Positions 15,210-24,000 of a DNA stretch of 24,000 nt are shown here, one piece after another; the stretch's first letter is position 1, and every line of letters begins with the position of its first letter. The position numbers were made by a program, and so were the translations under genes. Under the pieces are notes generated by a model that ran no database searches, was not told the origin of the DNA, and worked only from the letters and a program-made list of their open reading frames with translations. The stretch is from Extensimonas soli (GTDB lineage: Bacteria; Pseudomonadota; Gammaproteobacteria; Burkholderiales; Burkholderiaceae_C), in NCBI RefSeq assembly GCF_029211265.1, contig NZ_JARGEL010000021.1:1-24000 (forward strand), read 5' to 3'.

Positions 15210-15368
15210 GAGCCTGTCGGACTTTGGGCGTCGAAAGCGAGAATGTGCCCCAGCGAGGCCAGTTTTTTCCGGATTCGCCGCCCCATAGTGGTGCTATGGG
15301 GTAAGAAGACGGTAAAAAATGGACCGCTGTGGCACAGTTGCAGCCGTCGATTCAAGTCCGACGGGCGC
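15210..15368. mobile_element. MITE-like 159-bp imperfect palindromic element flanked by CTAG direct repeats
   Basis: Terminal inverted repeats are GAGCCTGTCGGACTT (15210-15224) and the reverse complement of 15354-15368 (GCGCCCGTCGGACTT), 13/15 identical. Internal arm pairing includes TGTGCC/GGCACA, CAGCG/CGCTG, T6/A6 and a central perfect hairpin CCCCATAG-tggtg-CTATGGGG (15281-15301). CTAG lies at 15206-15209 and 15369-15372. Confidence 0.5.
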
Positions 15369-15395
15369 CTAGACTATTAGCAGGCAGGGTGTTTA

Positions 15396-17471
15396 GTGCT
15401 GGAGTTTTCGATAGCGATACGCTGGATCATGCTGGTCAGCGCTAGTGCACTGCTTGGGGCGCTGACACTGATGCTCCTGTCCGGCAAAGGTGGAGGTGCG
15501 GCTGCCGACCAATGGAGGGGCAAGCTTCAAAACATCGGTGCAGTGCTGATCGCAGGGTGGATCGCGTTCTCCTTCGTGGCATTGGGTGTGCAGGCGGCGG
15601 CCGTTACCGGTCACACGGAGGCGGCATGGACGTGGCGCGAGTGGCGTCATGTGCTGGAGAACACGCGTTTCGGTGCAATCTGGATGCTCCGGCTGCTGGT
15701 CGGGGTGAGCCTTCTGGTTTTGCTGCTGTGGCAACGCAGAAGGCGGATGGTTCGACGGGAAGGCCTGATTGCGGCGTGGGTGTTGGCAGTGATAGTCCAG
15801 TGTGCTGCCGCTTGGTCAGGACATGGTGCTGCGCTTGAGCCTGCTGTGATTGGGCTAGGTGCTGTGGCGGCTCACCTATTGTGCGCAGGGATTTGGGCCG
15901 GAGCATTGCCTTGGTTGGTGCTGGGCTTCGGTCAGGCCGCACATGCCAACGCTTCCTCTGAGTACAAACAATGGATGCGATCCGTTTTGGTGCGATTTTC
16001 AGCGCTGGCCACTGTCGGTGTCTTGGTCATTTTGGCCTCCGGCACCGTGATGACCTATTTGTTGGTCGAGGCGCCCAAAGAATGGCCTGCGCGTGCAGGT
16101 GACTGGCTGGCCGGTGCATCGACCGTGCTCGAGAGGGTCGTCGCGCCGTTGCTTTCCACCCGTTTTGGAACCTGGGTTCTGATCAAGATCGGCTTGTTTC
16201 TGATCATTTTGTGGCTGGCCTCCGGTGTGCGTTGGCGTGACCTGCCGCGCATTGCATCCGGCAATGCCCAATCGTGGGCGGGAGCACGTCGTAGCGTGTT
16301 GCTCGAGGCCTTGGTCGTCGCAGCGTTGCTGTGTGCGGCGGCGATAGCCGCCTCTTCAATACCCGCGGCCCACGACACCATGGTATGGCCGCTGCCGTTC
16401 CGAGTATCGATGGCTGCGACTTGGAGCCAGCCGAATGTACCAATGTGGTTCGCGCTGGCGAGTTTCGGCCTCGTGATTGCTTTGGTAATCGGTGCGCGAC
16501 CCTGGGTACGTCTCCTGACGCGAAAACAGCTCGAAAAGAAAGATGTTTGGAGAGCCATCTTGGGTGCAGGTTCCATGCTGGCGGCGACGGGTACGATGTT
16601 ATGGCTCCTGGCTGTTCCAGCCTATCCGGAGACCTACTTGAAAAGTGACGTAGCCTATGACGCAGTGTCGATTGCGCGAGGAACGGGCCTATATCCGCGT
16701 CATTGCGCGCAGTGTCACGGAGTCGGAGCGCACGGGGACGGACCGCTGGCAACGAAGCTTGCCAAGCGGCCAGCTGATCTGTCGCAGCCGCACACGGCGC
16801 TGCATACAGCTGGCGACATCTTCCACTGGATCACGTATGGCATAGCGAATTCCCCGATGCCGGGATTTCGTGGCATTACCACGGACGACGACCGTTGGGA
16901 CCTTGTCAACTTTCTGCGTCTGTTCTCTTCAGGCCATCAGGCCCGCATTTTGACACCTAGAGTGGTTCAGGGTCAGCCATGGCTCGGAGCGCCAAACTTC
17001 GACTATGTCGACGCGCAAAGCATATCGGGCTCGCTCAAGGAGCTGCGTGGTCACGTCGTACTCCTTGTCTTTTACACGCTCCCGACTTCGCAAAAGAGGT
17101 TCGCGCAACTGGTCGCGCTGCAAGCGCGTATGCGGGAGCGGGGCGTGGAAATAGTCGCTGTACCGCTGCCAGGTTCACAGGCAGCTGATGCAGCTTCTTT
17201 GCCGTTCATATTGCCGGTTGATGGTGCTGCAGAAATCGCAAGGGCTTACCTTCTCCTTCGTCGAACCAAGGACGACGCTGGAAGAACAGTGGCCGATGAG
17301 GTGCCTGCGCATATGGAGTTTCTCATTGACCGCTTCGGTTACGTGCGGGCCCGCTGGGTGGATGTGCCGAAGTCACAAGAGTGGCGCGACGAGGGTTTTT
17401 TGCTGCGGCAGATTGAACTGTTGAACGAGGAGCCACGTCTGATGCCGTCGCCAGACGACCATGTTCATTGA
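15396..17471 (+). CDS. copD: CopD-family copper transport membrane protein fused to a c-type cytochrome domain and a Cys-less peroxiredoxin/thioredoxin-like domain
   Basis: 691 aa, GTG start. The N-terminal ~410 aa is polytopic and CopD-like. The heme-binding motif CAQCH lies at nt 16704-16718, with a downstream ...NSPMPGF Met ligand candidate. The C-terminal ~150 aa resembles the Prx/redoxin fold (GHVVLLVFYTLPTSQKRF, HMEFLIDRFGYVRARW) but has no Cys where the peroxidatic/CxxC Cys would be. Confidence 0.8.
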   Translation: MLEFSIAIRWIMLVSASALLGALTLMLLSGKGGGAAADQWRGKLQNIGAVLIAGWIAFSFVALGVQAAAVTGHTEAAWTWREWRHVLENTRFGAIWMLRLLVGVSLLVLLLWQRRRRMVRREGLIAAWVLAVIVQCAAAWSGHGAALEPAVIGLGAVAAHLLCAGIWAGALPWLVLGFGQAAHANASSEYKQWMRSVLVRFSALATVGVLVILASGTVMTYLLVEAPKEWPARAGDWLAGASTVLERVVAPLLSTRFGTWVLIKIGLFLIILWLASGVRWRDLPRIASGNAQSWAGARRSVLLEALVVAALLCAAAIAASSIPAAHDTMVWPLPFRVSMAATWSQPNVPMWFALASFGLVIALVIGARPWVRLLTRKQLEKKDVWRAILGAGSMLAATGTMLWLLAVPAYPETYLKSDVAYDAVSIARGTGLYPRHCAQCHGVGAHGDGPLATKLAKRPADLSQPHTALHTAGDIFHWITYGIANSPMPGFRGITTDDDRWDLVNFLRLFSSGHQARILTPRVVQGQPWLGAPNFDYVDAQSISGSLKELRGHVVLLVFYTLPTSQKRFAQLVALQARMRERGVEIVAVPLPGSQAADAASLPFILPVDGAAEIARAYLLLRRTKDDAGRTVADEVPAHMEFLIDRFGYVRARWVDVPKSQEWRDEGFLLRQIELLNEEPRLMPSPDDHVH

Positions 17472-18240
17472 TTGGGAAAAACTTGACATGAGATATCTTT
17501 CATTGGCCATTGCCGTTGCCGCATATGGGCTTTTCGCCGGTACCTTCGCAGCACTCTTGCTGTTCATGCATGATTATTTTTCGCCGTCGTGGGGTGCTGG
17601 CGTCGACGTCTGCAGCCATGACCTACTCAACCACATCGGCGTCGACAGCGCATTGATAGTCTTGTTCGGGTTGCAGCACAGCATCATGGCGCGTCGGTCT
17701 TTCAAGCAGCGATGGACCCGTATCGTGCCGCAGCATTTGGAGCGGACCGCTTACGTGATCGCATCGAGTGTCGCATTGATCGTGATGATGGTGTATTGGC
17801 ACCCAATTCCGATGCTCGTTTGGGAGGCTGGGTCTGTAGTGATGTGGTGGCTGAGTATTGCGGCGGGTGTGATGGGGGTCGTTATTGTCCTGTGGTCAAC
17901 ATTTTTGACAGATCATTTTGAACTCTTCGGCCTTCGCCAGGCTTATCTCCACGACCGAGGCATCGCTTGGACGCCGGTACCTTTCAAGAAGGCAGCGCTT
18001 TACAACTTCGTGCGCCATCCGATGATGCTCGGCATGTTGATCCTGCTGTGGGTCACCCCGCGCATGACCCAGGGTCATCTAGTGCTCGCCCTGGGTTTCA
18101 CGCTGTACGTGCTGATCGGGGTGTATTTTGAGGAGCGGGATCTACGCCGTGAACTCGGGCCCGAGTATGAGAGCTACCGGCGTTCCACACCCATGCTGAT
18201 TCCTCGGCTGTGGCCGGTTGCCCCAAACGGGGCAAGTTGA
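17461..18240 (+). CDS. ICMT/PEMT-family integral membrane methyltransferase (MddA-like)
   Basis: 259 aa with multiple TM helices. The C-terminal signature is LYNFVRHPMMLGMLILLW...YFEERDLRRELGPEYESYRRSTPMLIP, typical of isoprenylcysteine carboxyl / phospholipid methyltransferase-like enzymes. The GLQHSIMARRSFK block is as I recall in methanethiol S-methyltransferase-like proteins. It overlaps the copD stop by 11 nt (alternative ATG at 17491). Confidence 0.65.
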   Translation: MFIDWEKLDMRYLSLAIAVAAYGLFAGTFAALLLFMHDYFSPSWGAGVDVCSHDLLNHIGVDSALIVLFGLQHSIMARRSFKQRWTRIVPQHLERTAYVIASSVALIVMMVYWHPIPMLVWEAGSVVMWWLSIAAGVMGVVIVLWSTFLTDHFELFGLRQAYLHDRGIAWTPVPFKKAALYNFVRHPMMLGMLILLWVTPRMTQGHLVLALGFTLYVLIGVYFEERDLRRELGPEYESYRRSTPMLIPRLWPVAPNGAS

Positions 18241-18404
18241 CGCGAGTCGTCAGCGATGGCTGAAGCAGAATCTCAAGCAAATCGCGCAAGATGGCTCGAG
18301 CCATGGGAGGCGGTGGCGACGCATCGGTAGGGATGGGGCACCTGATGCCTTCCAACCCTGGCTAATCTACGAAGAGCCCGCTATTGGTGTCATGACCGTC
18401 AGGC

Positions 18405-20669
18405 TCAGTCCCGTGTTTCGAGCAGGCGCTCGACGGTGGCGCAGAACTCCTGCATGTCGTTGGGTTTGTGGATCAGGGCGCGCGCGCCCTCGGTCAGCGC
18501 GGCTTGCTCGATCTCGCTGCTGATGTAGCCCGAGGCCAGCGCCACGGGCAGCTGGGGGTGGATCTGGCGCGCTGCGCGCAGCAAGTCCACACCCGAAAAG
18601 CCCGGCATGTTGTAGTCGGTCACGAGCAGATCGTAGGTTTTGGGGTGGGTGTGCAGGGCTTGCAGCGCCGCCTGCGGATCGGTAAAGGTGCTGACTTCGT
18701 AGCCGCGTCGGCGCAGCAGGCGTTGCACCACGAAGACCAGCGCCTGGTCGTCGTCGACGTACATCACGTGGTGCGGGCGTGCCGCTGCGCTGTCCTTGGG
18801 CGTGGACGCTGGCACAGGCAGAGCGGCCACAGAAGGGGAGGGCGGCGGTGCGGTCTCCTGTGCAGCGCCTTGCGGCGCAACCGGCTCCATGTGGGAGGCG
18901 GCGCCATGGGTGGTCGGAAAATACAGCGTGAAGCGGCTGCCCTTGCCAGGGCTGCTTTGCACATCGACCCCGCCACCATGCGTGCGCATGATGCCGTGCA
19001 CCACGGCGAGCCCCAGGCCCGTGCCCTGGCCCACCGGCTTGGTGGTGAAAAAAGGCTCGAAGATGCGCCCCAGCGTGGCCGCGTCCATGCCGGGGCCATC
19101 GTCGCGCACCGTCAAGGCGATGTAGTCGGTGTGGGCGGCGAGGCCCAGGCGTTCGCGCAGGCGCTGCTCGGGCTGTACGCGCAGCGCTTCGACGTGGACG
19201 TGGCCGCGACGGCCGCCCAGCGCCTGCACGGCATTGGTGCAGAGGTTGAGCACGGCCTGACCAACCTGCGTGGCGTCGCCGAGCACGGGGGGCAGGTTTT
19301 CGGGCACCTGCACGTGCAGGGCGATGCTGGGCGGCAGCGTGACGCGCAGCAGGCGTTCGGTGTCGTGCGCGACTCCGGCAAGCTGCACGGCAGCGCGCTG
19401 CGGCGGCTCGTTGCGGCTGAAGGTGAGGATCTGGCGCACCAGATCGCGCGCACGCCGCGCAGCCTTGTCGATTTCGTTCAGGCTCTCGAGCAGGGCGCTG
19501 CCCTGCGTTCCAGGCGAGGCCGAGGTGCAATCGGCCTTGGCGAGTTCGACGTTGCCCAGGATTGCGCCCAGAATGTTGTTGAAGTCGTGCGCGATGCCGC
19601 CGGCCATGGTGCCCACGGCCTGCATCTTGTGCGACTCGCGCAACTGTGCTTCGAGCTCGTTGCGCTGCGCCTCGGCCTTTTTGCGGCCCGTGAGGTCGCG
19701 CGCGAACACGGTGGCAGTCTCGCCCGTGGCATGGCGCTCGAACGAGATGCTCACTTCGACCGCAAGCTCTTTGCCGCCGGCGGTGCGCGCTGTCATCTCG
19801 CCGAGCATGGCCTGTGTCGTGAGCTGCGAGAACGCCAGCGCCTGCGCTGCACCGGGCAAGAAGCGCTCGAGCGGGCTGCCCAGCGCGTCGTCGGCGTTGC
19901 ACTGGAACAGCGCCGCCGCCGTGGGGTTGAATACGGTGATGCGCTGCTCTTGATCGACGCAAAGGATGGCGTCGAGCGCCGAATCGATCACCGCAGCCAG
20001 GCGCTTTTCGCTCGCGCGCAGTTGCGCATTACGCTCCTGCAGCGCGCGGCGCTCGGCAAGGAGCGGCCCCTGGTCGATCACGGCGCACAAGAATTGCACC
20101 GGCGCCGGGGTGTCTTCATCTTCCTGTGCCGCTTCGATGCGCGCGATGTGCAGGTCGCCCGTGATGGCGGGGTGGCCTTCGATCGTGAACACCACTTCCG
20201 TGATCTCGCTGTGTCCCCGTTCGCTGGCCTGCGCGAACCCCTGCCGCACGCGCTCCAGGTCACCCGGGTGCACGAAGGGTTGCAGCATGGTGAGCGGCCG
20301 GTCGCGCTCGCTCGGCTGGAACGAGCGGTGCGCCATGGCGTTGGCCTGCACCACGATGTCGTGCGCATCGACCACCATGAGCGCGAGCGGCACGCTCGCA
20401 AACAGCGTCTCGAAGCGCTCCGACGCGCGCTCTGCCATCGCCTGGCTGTAGCGCAGCATCGCGTTTTGGCTCTCGAGCTCGGTCTGCGAGGCGCGTAGCT
20501 CGGCGATCAGCGCCGCGACGGCGCCGTGCGGCCTATCCGTGCCACGACGTTCCTCCGTGGCAGGAGCCAGCGGGGCCGCGGTCGCCGGCGGGGGCGGACC
20601 GGCGGACGAACGATGCGCATCCTCCGCCAGGGCAGCGGCAAAAAGCAGGGAAAGGTCAGGGCGTGTCAT
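18405..20669 (-). CDS. Soluble hybrid sensor histidine kinase (coiled coil + PAS domains + HisKA/HATPase + C-terminal receiver)
   Basis: 754 aa with no obvious TM segment. H-box GGIAHDFNNILGAILGN. ATPase G-boxes are present (DDGPGMD, GQGTGLGLAVVHG). The receiver contains VMYVDDDQALV...LLVTDYNMPGFSG...LIHKP. High-GC backbone composition. Confidence 0.9.
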   Translation of the reverse strand: MTRPDLSLLFAAALAEDAHRSSAGPPPPATAAPLAPATEERRGTDRPHGAVAALIAELRASQTELESQNAMLRYSQAMAERASERFETLFASVPLALMVVDAHDIVVQANAMAHRSFQPSERDRPLTMLQPFVHPGDLERVRQGFAQASERGHSEITEVVFTIEGHPAITGDLHIARIEAAQEDEDTPAPVQFLCAVIDQGPLLAERRALQERNAQLRASEKRLAAVIDSALDAILCVDQEQRITVFNPTAAALFQCNADDALGSPLERFLPGAAQALAFSQLTTQAMLGEMTARTAGGKELAVEVSISFERHATGETATVFARDLTGRKKAEAQRNELEAQLRESHKMQAVGTMAGGIAHDFNNILGAILGNVELAKADCTSASPGTQGSALLESLNEIDKAARRARDLVRQILTFSRNEPPQRAAVQLAGVAHDTERLLRVTLPPSIALHVQVPENLPPVLGDATQVGQAVLNLCTNAVQALGGRRGHVHVEALRVQPEQRLRERLGLAAHTDYIALTVRDDGPGMDAATLGRIFEPFFTTKPVGQGTGLGLAVVHGIMRTHGGGVDVQSSPGKGSRFTLYFPTTHGAASHMEPVAPQGAAQETAPPPSPSVAALPVPASTPKDSAAARPHHVMYVDDDQALVFVVQRLLRRRGYEVSTFTDPQAALQALHTHPKTYDLLVTDYNMPGFSGVDLLRAARQIHPQLPVALASGYISSEIEQAALTEGARALIHKPNDMQEFCATVERLLETRD

Positions 20670-20738
20670 GGTGGCAAACCTCGCTGCGTGGCCCGCAGGC
20701 CGGCGCGCAGCGCAGGATTGCCAGTGTAAGCCTGCGCT

Positions 20739-23660
<2,922 letters not shown>

Positions 23661-23704
23661 GGATGCTCTCAAAAAAGAAGTTAAAAGCGCAAGACCTTCA
23701 AGCG
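23661..23704 (-). repeat. Copy D (most diverged) of the intercistronic backbone repeat, between gcvH and gcvP
   Basis: The minus strand reads CGCTTGAAGGTCTTGCGCTTTTAACTTCTTTTTTGAGAGCATCC-ATG. It shares CGCTTGA...TCT(T)GCGC...T-run and the ~10-14 nt distance to the downstream start with copies A and B. It overlaps the gcvH stop codon. Confidence 0.35.
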
Positions 23705-24000
23705 TTTTTGCAGAATTCTGCGTATGAGGCTTCGTCCATCAGCGCATCGAGTTCGGCCGCCTTGCTGAGCTTGACCTTGAAAAACCAGCCCGAGCCCAGC
23801 GGGTCGGAGTTCGCGAGCGCGGGGTCGGCGCGCAGCGCTTCGTTGACCTCGACGATCTCGCCCGTGACGGGCATATACACGTCGGCCGCGGCCTTCACTG
23901 ATTCGACCACGCCAGCCACTTCGCCTTGGTTGTAGGTCTTGCCCACCTCGGGCAGATCGACGAACACCACGTCGCCCAGCGCGTCCTGCGCGTGCGCGGT
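23698..24000 (-). CDS. gcvH: Glycine cleavage system H protein (partial; N-terminus beyond the window end)
   Basis: The reading frame is open from the window edge: ...[53 protein letters not shown]... This includes the lipoyl-lysine motif ESVKA. The track M at 23970 is an internal GTG. Confidence 0.9.
   Translation of the reverse strand, partial: TAHAQDALGDVVFVDLPEVGKTYNQGEVAGVVESVKAAADVYMPVTGEIVEVNEALRADPALANSDPLGSGWFFKVKLSKAAELDALMDEASYAEFCKNA

Noticed and set aside
1-18300. Functional coupling of urea uptake/urease with an ammonia monooxygenase (ureolytic nitrifier-like module)
   Set aside because: It is tempting because urt and ureD abut the AMO-family operon. However, the island has a different composition and appears to have disrupted the ure locus. 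ureABC are not adjacent, and no hao/cycAB-type genes are in the window. The juxtaposition is more likely an insertion accident. It is only worth revisiting if XmoA clusters with AmoA.
18291-18304. Perfect 14-bp palindrome ATGGCTCGAGCCAT near the right island boundary
   Set aside because: It has no loop, so it is not a terminator. It has no second copy at the left boundary, so it is not supported as an att site or terminal repeat.
20670-20738. Possible terminator between gcvP and the hybrid kinase (stems GCGCAGG/CCTGCGC and CGCTGCG/CGCAGCG on the minus strand)
   Set aside because: The stems are GC-rich, but there is no following U-tract and only 69 bp separates the genes. I cannot distinguish a terminator from read-through by inspection.
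23661-23672. TTG start for gcvP at 23672
   Set aside because: An ATG 4 codons downstream (23660) is preceded by a purine-rich GAGAGC. The upstream TTG lies inside the intercistronic repeat.

Overview
This is a high-GC betaproteobacterial chromosome segment, Burkholderiales/Comamonadaceae-like as judged by eye from composition and protein sequences. It is interrupted by visibly lower-GC foreign DNA. Left backbone: a complete urea ABC transporter operon urtABCDE with a consensus sigma-54 promoter. Next comes a mosaic junction (about 6416-9180): a small low-GC block with one orphan membrane-anchored ORF, an inverted and orphaned urease accessory gene ureD, and a 5'-truncated IS3-family transposase remnant. 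The main item is a roughly 9 kb lower-GC island (about 9181-18300) encoding a copper membrane monooxygenase operon in C-A-B order (xmoCAB, AmoCAB/PmoCAB family). All structurally defined copper-ligand residues are intact. A tightly packed accessory set follows: a lipoprotein serine hydrolase, a PmoD/AmoD-like C-terminally anchored periplasmic protein, a His-rich DUF4399-like periplasmic protein, CopC, a CopD-cytochrome c-peroxiredoxin-like fusion, and an ICMT/MddA-like membrane methyltransferase. A 159-bp MITE-like palindromic element flanked by CTAG sits exactly between copC and copD. A nested stem-loop fills the xmoC-xmoA spacer, and two identical 17-bp palindromes lie upstream of xmoC. The right backbone resumes with a soluble PAS hybrid histidine kinase, gcvP and a partial gcvH. 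No tRNA, rRNA or CRISPR array was recognised. Many long ORFs in the track are antisense shadow ORFs typical of high-GC DNA and are rejected.
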